The notes below the pieces were generated by a model, which saw only the letters and a program-made list of their open reading frames with translations, had not been told where the DNA came from and did no database searches. This document shows, piece by piece, positions 1 to 14,200 of a stretch of DNA of 64,000 bases. Source of the stretch: Minutocellus sp. GHC0000111 (Eukaryota); the NCBI GenBank assembly GCA_977018835.1, contig OZ361258.1, positions 4,340,001 to 4,404,000 of the forward strand. Reading direction: 5' to 3'. The position numbers and the translations under genes are program-made. Positions within the stretch are counted from its first letter, which is position 1, and each line of letters opens with the position of its first letter.

Positions 1-911
1 GTGTTCATCGGAGCTTGGGCCATGGCAACCTCATGCCGTTGCTGGGGCTCAAGTTTGATTCCAGCCGGGACATGCCCGGCGTTACGGTGTGTTACATGCT
101 GTTTCCCTTCTTGGAGACCAGTTTGAGAGATGACATTACTCGTCGACGATTGCTGGATGATGATGCAAGTGATGGTCCCGGCAAGCCGACCAGGAGAAAA
201 CCCTACAAGGAGGTGGAACTGTTGCAATTGTTTGTTCAGGTGGTCGATGCCGTTGCAGCGATGCATGCGGCGGGCTTGGCACACCGGGACATCAAATTAG
301 AAAATGTTATGATGGACGGCAGCAAAGCTTCGCCAAGAGGCCGAAAGAGCCGTCCCACTCCGGTGCTTATGGACTTTGGTTCGGCTGGAAAGGTCACCTA
401 TTCAATCAAATCCCGCAGCGACGTCCTCCGACTTACTGAGCTGGCAGCGCAGCACTGCACCATGCCGTATCGTGCTCCAGAATTATTCGACGGTGGAGTC
501 CGACATGGCATTGATGAACCTCCGGTCGATGGTCGAGTTGACGTGTGGAGTCTCGGATGTCTCCTTTTCGGCATGATGTATGGATCCAGTCCGTTCGAGG
601 TGGAGTTCCGATGTGATGGCACCGTCCGAATTGTGGAATGCACGCATCTGCGCGTTCTCGGTCCTGTTCCCACGCCACCTCCGGGGACTGAGGCGGCCGG
701 CCGATATTCCAAGGAGATTGGAGATGCTGTCAAATGGATGCTCAATCAGTCGAGATTGGAGCGGCCGACGGTCGACCAAGTTTCTCGGAGAGTCGATGAG
801 CTTTTGCAGAAGGTCGGTGGCAAGAGAATACGATCGGGCGGGGCGGCATCGTCGGCGTCGGCGCGCGACGCTACGTTCGACCCTTTCGGAACAGCAAAAG
901 ACATGGCATAA
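1..911 (+). CDS. Ser/Thr protein kinase, NAK/STK16-like (5' partial, runs off window)
   Basis: HRDIKLENV catalytic loop, DFGSA, 'AAQHCTMPYRAPELF' (NAK-type activation segment) and DVWSLGC. The frame is open from position 3. Confidence 0.85.
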   Translation, partial: VHRSLGHGNLMPLLGLKFDSSRDMPGVTVCYMLFPFLETSLRDDITRRRLLDDDASDGPGKPTRRKPYKEVELLQLFVQVVDAVAAMHAAGLAHRDIKLENVMMDGSKASPRGRKSRPTPVLMDFGSAGKVTYSIKSRSDVLRLTELAAQHCTMPYRAPELFDGGVRHGIDEPPVDGRVDVWSLGCLLFGMMYGSSPFEVEFRCDGTVRIVECTHLRVLGPVPTPPPGTEAAGRYSKEIGDAVKWMLNQSRLERPTVDQVSRRVDELLQKVGGKRIRSGGAASSASARDATFDPFGTAKDMA

Positions 912-1003
912 ATTGAATATATATCGTCGTGTCTATCTATAATCTATGTATTTAAGATACTGCTAGCTTGTGTTGATACTAGTAAGAGATCTGGTTCTGT
1001 TAG

Positions 1004-3447
1004 CTAGACAACATTCTCCACCACCTTCCAAGGATCCTCGAGGCCACCGGCATCGTCTTGGTCTCGGAAGTACTCCCGGGAAATGGCTTGCCCGTTATTT
1101 ACAATGGCCAGTGCTGCCAGACGAGCAATGACATGCTTCCACCGATGGACAATGTCGTCGCGCTCCTCCGTAGTGGAAGCTTGGAAGACAAATTCTCCAA
1201 CATCGCAAGTTCGAATGACAAAGCTTCGCGAAGCCAATGCAAGTGGATACTTGGCTCTATCGAGACCAGCAACCATGCGATCGCACTCAACAATGCGGCT
1301 CACGCTCAGCATTGCGATAGTAGTCGGTGCCACAGCAATTTTAGAGGTTGCACTTTTGCAACGGCCTTCCATGCGCCGGCTGTATGATTCCCTCCATTGA
1401 ATTTGTGGTTCGATGAGGCCCTCTCCTTTGTAATTTCTGTAGAGTGTCTGACCTCGATCCATCCAAAGTGTAATGCGTCTTGTCGAGGCTGATTTAGAGT
1501 CATTCGGGTTTGCCTCGGGATGCCACGTGAGGGAAATTGGTTCGTTCATTGTTTGCTGCGAGTGACATGAAAGCACAGATTGGAATCAAATTATGAGGGT
1601 GCGTTTGTATGTGAAACGATATGATTACAAAACAAAACAATAGTACAAAACAAGAAAAGCACAACACAAAGCGTACCTGAACAATCGCGATGGAAGAATT
1701 TAGCTTTCTTCTCCTTCTTCTCATGCCGTGCCCATCGCAATCGTCCCTCTGTTCAGATTTTTCGTAGAAATGCTCTCTCCTAGCCAACGCTTGTTCAATG
1801 TCGCCCGGGTCGGTGTCGTAGCATACGTCATCGCTGGGGATGTTGGCCTTCATTTGATCTAGGCCGTGTTCAACATCGCCATTCCGCATTGAAATGGGTT
1901 CGATGCATCCGATCAGAGTGCTCAGGTCGGTATCTTGCTGCTCATTGTTGGCCGACGTCTTACAAGAGGTGCCATCCTCCTCATGAAGCGGTAGGTCATC
2001 AAACGATGACGCCCTTGAAAGTTCATAGGATGGCACGTCGTCCTTTTCAATAGGGCCAACCCGCTTCAATCTAGAAGATAGCGTAGCATCGGCCGCCATT
2101 TCCAGCGGTCCCAATACTACCTCGCTGCTGGAAGGCAGCGTCCCATGAAAATAGAGACTGTGAATTCTCTCAGCCTGAAGTCGGACTGGCTGGCCAGCTC
2201 TGTTGCAGAATTTGTTCCTCGTCATTGCTGGTTGAAACATATGCGCATCATTTCTATTCTCGTATAACTCCATCAGTAGCTGCTTCTGCGGTGTCACGGT
2301 GGTGGCCTTGTCCTCCGTATCGCACTGATGAGTCTTTTCGGCACATTTCTCCGGAGTTCGGATCGGTGTGCCAGTGTTGGCATAGCAATCCAAACGACGG
2401 AAATGCTCTCGTACTGCATCCTCCATCTCACTAAGAGTACTTCTGTTGGCGTTATCACTCGTGTCGGAAGTTGCGGCAAGTTGGCGGGGAGTCTCCGTTC
2501 GCATCGGCGGCAGATCTGCCCGATGATGGCGAGGCTCTCGGAATAACCCTACAACGGACAGGACTGGCCCGGGGAGTATGGTCGGTACCAGGACTGTTCA
2601 CGCCACCAACACCAACACCACAGAAAATGGAATCGGCAAAGGTTGAGCTCAGATTGTGAAAGAAGGATGCCGACAGCGAGGTGGTGGCTTCCGTACTATC
2701 GACCTCCTTCAGCTTCTGCTGATTCTTGCCTCCACCGCCAATGTTTGTCAGATCCTTAAACGGTGAGGAGTGGGCCGTTGCACCATGCGCAGATGAATGG
2801 TGCGTGCTGAGATAGTCGCTGTGGGAGTACTCTACATCCTCATCATCTTCATCAATTTCCGATGCATCATCATCCTCTTCGTCCCCATGGAAATCCTCCT
2901 CGTCGGCAAGTTCCCCATCCATCGGACCGCTTGTCCCATGCATCATCTCCTCCGGAAACAGAATCTTGGGAACAATAATGTCATCGTTCTCATCGAGCAG
3001 ATGGAAATGTCCTTTTTCGGTATCATCATTGTCGTTGCCGTTATCGCCATCATTGTTGATTGCCGATAGGCCAAGGAGGCTGGTCAAGTTGGTGCTGTCG
3101 TGCTGATGTTGGTGGCAGTCAAAGCTGGAATCGCGCGTGGTGTTGCCACAGTCGTAGCTGGTGTCGCAGCTCACATCGAGAAGAGACTTATTGCCGTTAT
3201 TTTGCAGGAGGATGGGACGGACACGTCCCCCGCCGCATGCCGATCGGCGTCGTGGTGCCGTTTTTGCCGCTGGTCGGTGCGATACCAGTGCCGGTCTGGT
3301 CGTTGGCGTTACGGATCGCTTTGGACTGGCCAGAGGGAAGGATAAAACTTCCGCCTCGCCGATGTTTTGATCGTATTCGTCGCTTTCCATCGCTCGGCGG
3401 ACCGGTGAGCATTGCAGCTGGATCTCCTGTCCTGCATCGGTCATCAT
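1004..3447 (-). pseudogene. Low-complexity protein with C-terminal PH-like domain; one frameshift
   Basis: ORFs 2455-3447 and 1500-2504 overlap in different frames (shift within ~2455-2597). GT-AG intron 1556-1676 joins to the last exon ('FVFQASTTEERDDIVHRWK', PH-like C-terminal helix). Confidence 0.55.
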
Positions 3448-4426
3448 GATTAATTTTTAATCGTTGATACTGGTTTCTGTGCGGTGCTACAATTAGAAAC
3501 GACCAAGCATGAAATTATGTGAGAAAATACACCAGAAAGCACGAGAGACAAAAAGTATCCGCTCAATGCAATGAAGGGTAGGCAAGAAGATGCGTTGTAT
3601 TTATTTGATTGACCAACGATCGTCTCGTGGCATTGCATCCAGTGTTGTATCTTTGCATGAAAATCGAAAAGAACAAACAGTCAAACCCGACCCGTGAAAC
3701 ATCATGGACGAAGAGAAGAACGAACGCGAACACAGAGCCACCGAACTGCAACGAGGGCGTGGCGCACAGATATACATCATCACGCACCGACTGCTGATCT
3801 ATTATTTTGTTGTCCTTCGACCTTTGCTATGGTTTAGCCATGCAACGATCTTTTGCCGGACAGCAAAAAGTGAAACGGCCATCGGCATTCGAATTGCGAG
3901 AAGGCCAACGACGAGATTCGAAGCTGCGTCATCTAGAAACTAGTGAGACGGAAAGACCTCTAATTGGGAGTGTATTGCGATGTCATGATACCCCGAATAA
4001 TCTCTGACCACACATTTGTGGGGGGACGTTTCCAAATTCCCATCAAAACGGACGATACAGCTGATTGCAAGAGGACGACGGACCAGACCAGGATAATATC
4101 TGAAAGTTGGAAGGGTAATCACGCTGGGATAGCGATCGGCACTCGCGCTCTGTATTCCACAGCTACTTGCGCATAGGAAGCTGCTCGCTCTTGTTCCTTC
4201 GATTGGATTTTTATCGCGTCGCCCTGCTACTTTCGACCCTCGACTCGACCAAGAGCAACGACAAAAATATTTTTTCTGTGGAGGACTGATTGTTGATCGT
4301 TGACAGACCCAGACCGAGAGGATAGCGCTGGTCTTGTTGGCGAAGCCATCGGTCCACTAACTCGCTTCTATTGAGGCAGCATAGTTTATCGGCGGCAGCG
4401 GCTGATACTACCATCGCTCTGATACC

Positions 4427-7400
4427 ATGAGTCTGTTGACCAGCCGCAATCTCAACTCGGCCCTGGGCGTTTGCACTCCGACCAAAAGTAGCGATGCTGC
4501 CGCCTCCTCTTCTTCTACCGCCACTGCCACCACCAGCCGCCAATCCTCCCTCGGCGGCGGCTCATCGGGCGAAGTCGAGGCCATCCGCGTGGCCGTCCGC
4601 CTCAAACCCCTCTCGGCCAATGCCGACTACGACGAGATCGATCCGCAGCTCGGCCGCGCGTGGCGAGTAATTGAGGAGACCAACACCATCGTCCAGGAGA
4701 GCGCCGCCCTTGGACTGTCAGATGGCACCGCGGCCCATGCCGGCATGGGTGCCTTTGGCGGTGGTGTTGCCACTCCCTCCAAGTTTGCCACCCCGGCCAA
4801 AGCGCGGGGCAGTTTGATGGCACCCCCCTCGACGGCAGGGAAGCACGCCCAGGGCAAGGAGACGACCTTTACCTTCGACAGAGTGTATGGGGAGGAGTCC
4901 ACCACGAACCAAATATACGACGGCATGGTCAAGGACATTGTGGATTCGGTCACCGAGAAGGGAATCAACGGTACTGGTGAGTTTCGTAATCAGACGACGG
5001 CGTATGGATGGGATGGTGCATTTTAGATGATGATTCTGTGCTACATTTTTTTATGAGGCACATATTTATATATCTCAAACGACTCATGTAATTTATTCTC
5101 AATTTCCTTTCCCTTCTACTATCTTTGTGCTCAACTCCAGTATTTGCCTACGGACAAACCTCTTCCGGCAAAACCTTTACCATGCAGGGCAACCGCGCCT
5201 CGGCCAAGAACAATGCCAGCCGCAACGGCGTCGATGGCATCACCCACCTGGCCGCCAGGGATATCTTTGACCAAATCGCCGCCGATCCCAAGCATTCCTA
5301 TGCCGTCCGGGTGTCGTTCTTGGAAATCTACAACGAGGAGGTCCGCGATTTGCTCGTGGCCAGTGATGGCAAGTCGGGCGGTTCCGGTGGTGCAGGCAAT
5401 GGCAATGGTCAGAAGCAGGCCACCCTCGCCGTGAGGGAGGATCCCAAGTTGGGGGTGTTCGTGGAGAATCTCACCTCGCACAGGGTGTACAATCTCGACA
5501 CGCTCTTGCATTATCTGAATCTAGGCGAGAAGCACAAGTCGGTCGCGGCGACGGGGATGAACGATCGGAGTTCGCGGAGTCATACCATCTTTCGCATCAC
5601 CGTCGAGAGGAAGAAGAAGGTGGTGGTGCAGCAGAGTGGTGGGGCTGGACCGGCGGTCAGTTTGATGCTGACTCCGCCCCCGGAGACCAATGGTGGTGGC
5701 AAGAAGGGTGGAAAGAAGAGTGGTGGTGATGGAGTCAAGCTGGTGGCCACTTTGAACCTCGTCGATTTGGCCGGTAGTGAGAGCGTGAGGCATACCGGTG
5801 CCACGGGCAGTCGGCAGAAGGAGGGAGGAAAGATCAATCAGAGGTGAGGAAATTCATTATCGACGTTGTTATTGTGTTTCGCCTTCTATCGCCACCAGCA
5901 CAAGCTCACACTTTCTCCTCTTTTCCCCACGTGCCCTCTAAATGGATGCAGCCTCCTCACGCTATCCCGCGTCATCATGGGCCTTGGAAAGGCGAGCAGT
6001 CGCAAGTCCGGCTCGAGCAAAACGCCATTTGTCAACTATCGCGATAGTAAGCTCACGAGGATCCTTCAGTCCTCTCTTTCTGGCAATGCCCGTATGGCCG
6101 TTATCTGTTGTGCTACGCTATCGGATGCCTATACGGAGGAGACCAAGTCTACGTTGCAATTTGCATCGCGAGCCAAATTGGTCAAGACGCGTGCGTCGGC
6201 CAATGAGATCGATGAGGACCCATCGGTCATCAAGAAGCTCCAGAGAGAAGTAGCCCAGCGTTCCGAGGAGGGCAAGCAGGCCCTTCGGCAACTTCGAGAA
6301 TTGGAGCGGCAGGCCAAGGATGCAGAAAAGGCCAGGGAGGACGTTGACAAGCGGCTGAAGAAACTTTATGACTTTGTCCGAACTTCCGATATGATCCATC
6401 TACTTTCTCAGGATCGGGAGTATGGCCAGGTCTTGTCGACGAGGAATTGCAGCTACGAACCGGCTTTGCCGGCACTTGCCAAGGCAACCCCGGCCAAGCC
6501 GTTTGCAAAGGCACCTCTTCTTGATCGTCGCAGTACGATGAAGAAGCAATTCTCGGAAAGCCTCTTTGTTCGAACGAGCTTGGACGGCAGTGAGGGTACT
6601 AGCAGTGGATCGATGATGGAGGGCGGAGTAACAGCCTCCGCCGTCAAGTCCAGTTTCATTTCTCCCCGGTACAACGATACAGTATCGACCTTTGACCAAC
6701 CTTCTACCCACGTTACTCTTCTGAAAGATGCTCTTGCGGCCAAAACAACGCAGGTTCGCAAACTCATGGAAGAATCGAGCAAGGTGGATGGTGCGGCTCT
6801 CGATGAGTTGCGTAAGGAGATGGAGGTGCTTCGGAAGAAGGCCGAGTATGACGCCAAGGAAAAGGAGGATGCGCTCGATTGGGTCGAAGAGCTTCATGAT
6901 AAGTTGGAAAAGGCCGAGAGGGAAGCCCTCGAGGCAAGCGATGGGAAAGAAGTGGCGTCTGCTGAAAACGAACGTCTTCGCGACGAAATTGAGAAGCTCA
7001 AGGAGATTCAGGCCCAGAGTGCTGGCGACAGCGAAAAAATCGTTGCAGATCTTAGGTCTATGTATGAGGAGCAGAATGCCACACTTCAGCGCGAGCTCCA
7101 AGATGCCAAGGAAAAGTCTGCAAAGAATGAAAAGCTGTTGAATTCCGCCAAGCAGGATCGTGATTTGATGCGCGAGCGCACAGAACCTCGATGAGGGAGC
7201 TCCAACAAGAGAATACCACGCTCATGGAGAGTTTGGATGACCTCCAAGTCGAAAACGACCAAGCCTTGCAAATCATCGAGGAATTGACAACTGAGAAGCA
7301 GGACCTTGTCACCGAAGTTGAGTCCCAGCAGGCGCAATTGAAGGTCTTCAGTCAGATGGAAGCCGATCACGAGGAGCTTTTGAAGCAAGTATCTGCCGTT

Positions 7401-10400
7401 CAAGTGGAGCGAGATGATTTGCTGGAGCAGCTCAATACCGTCCACACCTTGGTGGCAAGCAAGTCTCCCAGGAATGCTGAATCGGATGGCATGCAGACCC
7501 TGCAGATCATCGAGCAACTCACCGACGCAATGGAGAGCAACGAAGCCCTCGACAGCGCCTGCAGAAGGATGACGAGTGAAAACCAGGACCTCCGGGAACA
7601 ACTGGAGCACCTCAACTCCTCCATCCAATGTCAGTCTGATATTGCCAAGTCAACAGAAGAGGAATTGACTGCGGAGAATCTTGACCTTCGGGATGAACTG
7701 GCAGAGGTTGGCAAGTCGGCCACCCGAGCACGTGCTAGTATGCTTGCTATTGAAGGAGAAAAGCAAGAACTTTCCAATATGCTCAAGGCGTCCGACGCCA
7801 AGGCGAAGGAATTGCGAGTGTCTATGGATACCTTGGAAGTTGAGAAGGGCGAGCTTTCTTGCAAGCTCGAAGCATCGCAGGATCAGGCGAAGGAGCTGCA
7901 GGCAACCATTGCCACACTATCAGCAGCACTTGAGGATGCCCAATCTGATACGAAGCGAACCCAAGAGGAGCGCGATGCCTTGGCAAAGGAGCTCTCCGAG
8001 GCTTCTGACCGCCTCCAACAAGCGCTTGTAGACATCAATGACCTAAAAGCGGAGCTTACCGAGCGCGCCAAAGAGCTGTCCAAAATGCGTGATACATCTG
8101 GGGCCAAGACAGACGAACTGCGAGAGTCAATCGATACTCTGGAAGCTGAGAAGAATGACATCGCCAGCAAGCTCGAAGCATCGCAGGATCAGGCGAAGGA
8201 GCTGCAGGCAACGGTTGCCACACTCTCAGCAGCACTTGAGGATGCCCAATCTGATACGAAGCGAACCCAAGAGGAGCGCAATGCCTTGGCAAAGGAACTC
8301 TCCGAGGCTTCTGACCGCCTCCAACAAGCGCTTGTAGATATCGATGACCTGAAATCTGAGCTGACCAAGCGCGCCAAAGAGCTGTCCAACATACGTGATA
8401 AATCTGGGGCCAAGACAGACGAACTGCGAGAGTCAATCGATACTCTGGAAGCTGAGAAAAACGACATCGCCAACAAGCTTGAAGTATCGCAGGATCAGGC
8501 AAAGGAGCTGCAGGCAACCATTGCCACACTCTCAGCAACACTTGAGGATGCCCAATCTGATACGAAGCGAACCCAAGAGGAGCGCAATGCCTTGGCAAAG
8601 GAACTCTCCGAGGCTTCTGACCGCCTCCAACAAGCGCTCAATGATATCGATGACCTGAAATCTGAGCTGACTAAGCGCACCGAAGAGCGGGATGAATCAA
8701 ATGTCGATGCAAATGCGGCTTGAGGCGGAGGTTTCTGCGTTGACTCAGAAGATTGGGGTATTGGAAGCTTCCCTGGAGCAGCAGCGGTCGGATCAGTTGT
8801 CATCGGACAAGGACCTGCTCGCAAAGGCGGATGCCGAGAGGAAGAGTCTGAAGCACGAAAAGGAGGAAGCAATTGCGCAGGTGGAGGAGCTCTCGAGTGA
8901 GCTTGGGACTACACTTGGTCGTCTCGCAGAGGAGTCTGAGAAGGTCGAAACATTATTGCGAGACAATACTGCGCTTGGTGAGAGCAACGAGGCCCTTGCA
9001 TCCAAGGTTTCTGCTCTGGAGGTTGAGAAGGAGGCTCAGGAGGCACAGATTTCTGAGATATCGACCAAGCTTGACGCCGCCAATTCCTTCAAGGAGGAGT
9101 TGGCACAGGAGTCCAAGCGCATTCTCTCTCTCAACTCAGAATTGTCGATCAAACTCAATACAGCCACGGAGGATGCAAAGTACAAGGCTGACCGTCTCGA
9201 GGCTGTGACCAAGGACCTTGCCGCAACTCAGGACGAGTTGGAAACGTTTATTTCGCGGGCTCGAGTTGAGGTAAAGACAAAAGAAGAAGAGATCTCCAAA
9301 CTTTCCTCCGAGCTTTCCATGTCCAACAAAAACCTCGATGCGATCCGCGCTGAGATCGATACCAATGGCAAAACCGAATCGAAGATGAAGGCCCTCGCCA
9401 TCGTCGAAAGAACAAAGATGGAGCAGGAGATCAAGGACCTCCGAAAACTGGCATCGTCGAGTGAAGAAGCCCGGATGGAACTGGAAACACAGTACGAGGA
9501 AAAGTGCTCTGAGGAGTCAGCCTTGCGGAGGAATGTCACCAAGCTCGAAAAGGAGTTGGGTGCTGCGATGAAGCAAGTTGATGGTGTTTCAGCTCTGCTC
9601 GAGCGGACGAGATCCGATCTGGAGAAACAGGAGGCCGCCATTTCGCAAGACAAATCTTTGAGTCAGCGGTTGGACGCGGCATCGAAAGAAAATGCCACCC
9701 TCCACTCGCAGGTCGATGCCCTGCAAAACACTGTCGAGGAATTGACCTCCGAGTTGTGCAATGTGACGAAGCAGCTTGAGGTGGCCCAGGCCAATGCAAA
9801 GGTCGAGGCTGGTCCGACCGCTAGTTCCTCCAACGAGGTCAAAGATCTCCAATACCAAGTCAAGGACCAGGCTCGCTTCTTGGCCTCCAAGGACAGCGAA
9901 CTGAAAATGCTGCAATCCAAGATGGAAAAATTGAGCTTCGAGCGAGATGACGCAGTCGCCAAGATGATGCGAATCCGCCGCGAGAGCAGTACAGCAATGA
10001 CCCAAGTGGCTACTCTCGAAAGAAAACTGCAAGAAAAGAACGATGCCATTGGATCCCAAAGCGCCGATATGGCCAAGTCGATCGAGTGTCTCGCCGAGTC
10101 TCGTTCGACCCTCCAGAGGGAGATTTCTCGTCTGGAACAGCAAAAGGCTGACGCTGAGCGCCTCGCCAAGAGAGTCCGACGCGAATCATCTTCTACGGCG
10201 ACTAAGAACAGAGAATTGCAAAATGCCCTCAGTCATGCCAACGACTTTAAGGAGGAGCTGGAGGATCGAATCCGCCAGTACGAGCAGTTGATCGAGGAAT
10301 CCGACAAGGATCATGACCGTATGATGAATGAGAGAAAAGTCCTTCTCCGAGATCATTCAAGAGAGGTCGGCGCCCTTAAGAGGGACAAGATGGCCGCAGA

Positions 10401-10830
10401 ACGTGAGTGCGCTGTGCTGATGAGACGTCTCGAGGAGTTGGCTTCGCACATGGATATGCTCGAAGCAGCAAAACAATCTTCAGAAGCCAAGGCTCAGCGT
10501 CTACTTGAGCAGAAGCATCGGGCTCTCAACCGACTGGATAATACCAAAGAGGAGACATCCCGGACACTCCGAGCAGTCGAGACGCAAAGCAAAATTGAAC
10601 AGGAGCGAGAACGTCGTCTTGCGGAGATGCGCTTTCGTGCAATCCAGGCTGAGAAGGAAAACGAATTGAAGGCCAGAGACACTAAGCTCAGTCTGTACGA
10701 GGCGGAACGGAACAATATTGGAAAGACTACCAAGCGCTCCTTGAGTTTGGTCGGCCGCGAAGCCAAGAGAGGCCTGGCGGCGGCCCGCGAGAAGGGCAGC
10801 CATGTCCTTCGCTCCCGATCCAACATTTAG
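4427..10830 (+). CDS. Kinesin-7/CENP-E-like motor with very long coiled-coil tail; two apparent frameshifts
   Basis: Motifs IRVAVRLKP, FTFDRVY, GQTSSGKT, SSRSH, LVDLAGSE and YRDSKLTRIL. Introns 4977-5140 and 5844-5951 restore GTVFAYGQT and NQSLLTL. Frame breaks at ~7181-7194 and ~8692-8723. Confidence 0.85.
7797..8678 (+). repeat. Intragenic tandem repeat, 306-bp (102-aa) unit, ~2.9 copies
   Basis: Units start at 7797, 8103 and 8409. The peptide 'LEASQDQAKELQAT...LEDAQSDTKRTQEER.ALAKELSEASDRLQQAL' occurs three times. Confidence 0.95.
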
Positions 10831-11292
10831 AGACCCTGACGGAATACAGGAGATGGTACCTTTGACGTTCAGTTTGCCAAGGTTTGGGAGGCTCGAGGAT
10901 GTGCAACTCTTCTCAATGAGAACGAAAAGCTGTTTGGTAGCAAGATGACTGTTGAGCTTCTGCATGAGAGGTAACAAGTACTATAATGAGATTACTCTAG
11001 AGTTCCGGTCTATGCATGCTACTGGAGTATGGAGTATGACGAGCAGTCGAGTCAAAGAAGTGCAAAGGTAGTAATGCAAATGTCATCTTGAAGATAAGAA
11101 GTAAGATGGATAGAGTCAAGGCAATTCACCGCAGAAACTTCGTCTTTCTTACTCGTAGTGATACTCAGGGCCGCTCCTGTAACCTCGGAATTGCTCTAGA
11201 TGTGCTATCAGTAAGTCTATTGTAAGACTATCAATTTCAACTCCTCTACGCTAGTGTCCGCCGCCACCTCCACTGTCAACTCGTGGCACCAT

Positions 11293-14200
11293 TCACTTCT
11301 CACACAACTTGCTAACCTCTTTCGCTAGATCAACGGTGACAAGCAGCAGGCCCTTCTCCTGTTCATTGAAGTTGAGCCCCGATGCCATAGTGCCATCGTG
11401 ATAGGACTGGACGTACGCCTGGCAAAAGACGCCGCACCCGGACGATATGACGGCCTCCTTGCATTTGCCGCCGTGGTCTGTCATGTTGAGAAGGGCCACA
11501 AGGATTCTATGCATGAGCTCGAGATTGCCGCACTCCAATAAGGATGTTGCCATCTCTTCAAAATGCGCAGCCTTTGCCAGCACTTCCGCGACCTTGGGAT
11601 CTTGGGAGGCCATCGCGAGGCAGCCAATCGCAGCTCTCGAGCATTCTAGATTCTCATCAAACTCACGAGCGAATGCCACCCACAGTCTAATATTTTCGGG
11701 GTCGGCGAGGTACTTCATCATCTCGGGATGAGGAATGAGGTTGCTCATGGCTTCCGTGGCAGCTCTTCGGACCATCTCATGATCTGAAAACATGGCATAC
11801 CCTAATCGCGCAATGCCCTTCTCGGCAATGACGCGGTTTTTGGTCTCCTCGTCCAGACTGGCGAGGTTGGTAATTGCCATCAATGCCTCGAAGCGCGACA
11901 AATCGGTAGATTCGTGATCATGAACGAGCTGTATAAGTGGTCCGATGGATCCCATTCGCTGCGAAACAGTCAGAAGGCCCGGATTTGTCGTTACCAGGAG
12001 CTTGGCCACGCAGTGACGGGCTTGGTGCCAAGTCTTTTTCTCGATGTCGGAGGGCGATTCGCACTTTTCGACCTTGAGACATGCCGATAGGCAGCCCTGT
12101 TGTATCATGAGACCTCGAACGGTTTGTTCTACGGCCATTCGATTCATTCCAACCACGAGCATTTCCTTGGTGGCTTCGCTTGAGCCCTCCATGAGCTTGA
12201 CCATGGCCCTGGGGACGTTGGCATTGGCCATGCGTACGATCCGTTCACTCACAGCGTCCTTTGGGTCAAGGTCTTGCTGCTTCTTGTCGAGCTCTTTCTC
12301 CTCTACTGTTTTTCCCAGTGCTTGGAGCTGGTCGTACTGCTCAGATGTAATGTCAGCCTTGGCGAACGCCTCGTCGCGTAGGGTCTGGTTGGATACGGCG
12401 ATGAGGGAGAAAATGGTTGCAAGGCCAAAGGCTGAGTGTGCTTCACCAGCATCTGGTGCGCTTCCGAGCTCGACGAGTCGTTCTAATATGCTGTTGGAAG
12501 CTGATTGGGCCTTGAAGCCGTGTGCGATCTCTTCCTTGATGTTCGTCTTGGAGCAAAGGTAACTCAGAACCTCAATGCCCCGGTCGATGGCTGTGGTATC
12601 AGATGATGATGCCGAGCCGTCGACACTACTTCTTTTTATCTTGGCGGTCTTTTGAATAAGCTGGTTGTTATCTTCGGCGGTGCCTGTTACCAATTCAGCG
12701 GCAATTTGGAGTAGCCCAAATACTTCACCCTCATCGGCAGACAAATCTTTGTTGGCAAGACCGAGCTTGGCAATGGCCGATGCCGCGCCAGAACGGACCT
12801 CGCGGCTATCACAGGCGAGTAAGGTTTCTACGCAACCCTTTTCAACAATCGCAGTCAATAGAGGGCGTCCCTTTTTTACAGATGCTGCAGCGGATATAAT
12901 CTCCGAGGCAATCGACATGGCTATCGAGTCTTCTGAGGATACCAATTCCTCGAGCTCTCTCATTCCATTGCCGTCGGCCCAGCCACTCTTGAGAGCCCAA
13001 ACGCCGACCTTACCCTTTCCCAACAGGAGGGCTGATACAAGCTGCCCTCTCTTTCCTTGCGAAGCAAGCGGGCCTTCGTTGTTGGATGCTTCAGCATGGG
13101 CCTCTTTACTTTCTTCTCCCCCTTCCTTGATCTCCTCAATGGTCAGCATATCACTGCCAGTGCCAGATGTCTCCGCCTCGCCCTCCGAGGACGAGGGGAT
13201 GCTGCCGGTGTAGCCAAGTAAGGGGCTTACGAGCTTCATGACGTCATCGTCTTCTTCAAAGGACGTCACAAGCCTACCGATGGCACTGCCAATCTCCCTT
13301 CGCAGTGAATGGTCGCTCGTTGAGACCGCGCAGTCCAAGAGTGCCGTGAGACCACCGGTCTCCATGTCGCAAAATAGAACAGCATTCGCTTTCGCTCGAT
13401 CCTGGTTGTGCTTGTGTATCTCGTACATCTTCTTTTTGTACTGGGCGAATTCCTTGGGCTTTAGGTTGTTCATTTGCGCCTCGGACAGTCGATTGCTCTG
13501 TTTGTTACTGCCACTATTCGCAGCTGATTCCAGGTAAACGTCCGAAGCCTCGGCTGCCGACGCCAATGCGTCCATATCCGACGCAGTCCAAGAAGATAAC
13601 AGATCGATACTGGCACGATGACAGGTTGTGGAGTCCTCGCTCAACGGTGCAGAAAGACCGGAAATGATCGCTCGGCAAACACTGGAGCCATTCACATCGT
13701 GGACCGATTGCACCATCTTCTCATCGGTGTGGTCCAGATGCACCACAAGACGGAGGAAGAGGGCGATGGCCGCCACGGCAATCTGCTGTGGCCTCTCAGC
13801 ATCGGATTCGACTGCTGCACCACCGCAACTTTCCGAAATGAGATGTGCCAGCTCCTCCTGATCCAGCGCATTCGGGCAGGCATATTGCCGTACAAAGGGA
13901 CCATGCGAGCATGCCGCCGAGAGTGCATGGAGGGCAAGGACTCGGTGCTGGATGCTGTGTCCATGCACCTGACCATGCTGCCGTCTATTGGCATTGGTCG
14001 CCACCTCCATCAGCTGCGATACACCATTTCTCCGTCCCAATTCCATGGCCGCCGAGGCCACATCCCGCGTGAGCAGTCCCATTATCATCTTGAGGCTGTG
14101 ATCCACATTCTTGTCGATATCATCTTTATCCTCACTCTTGGTATTGCCATTGGTACTACCGGTAGTCAAACCAGCCAAAGCCCTGGCCATGTCGGATCCA

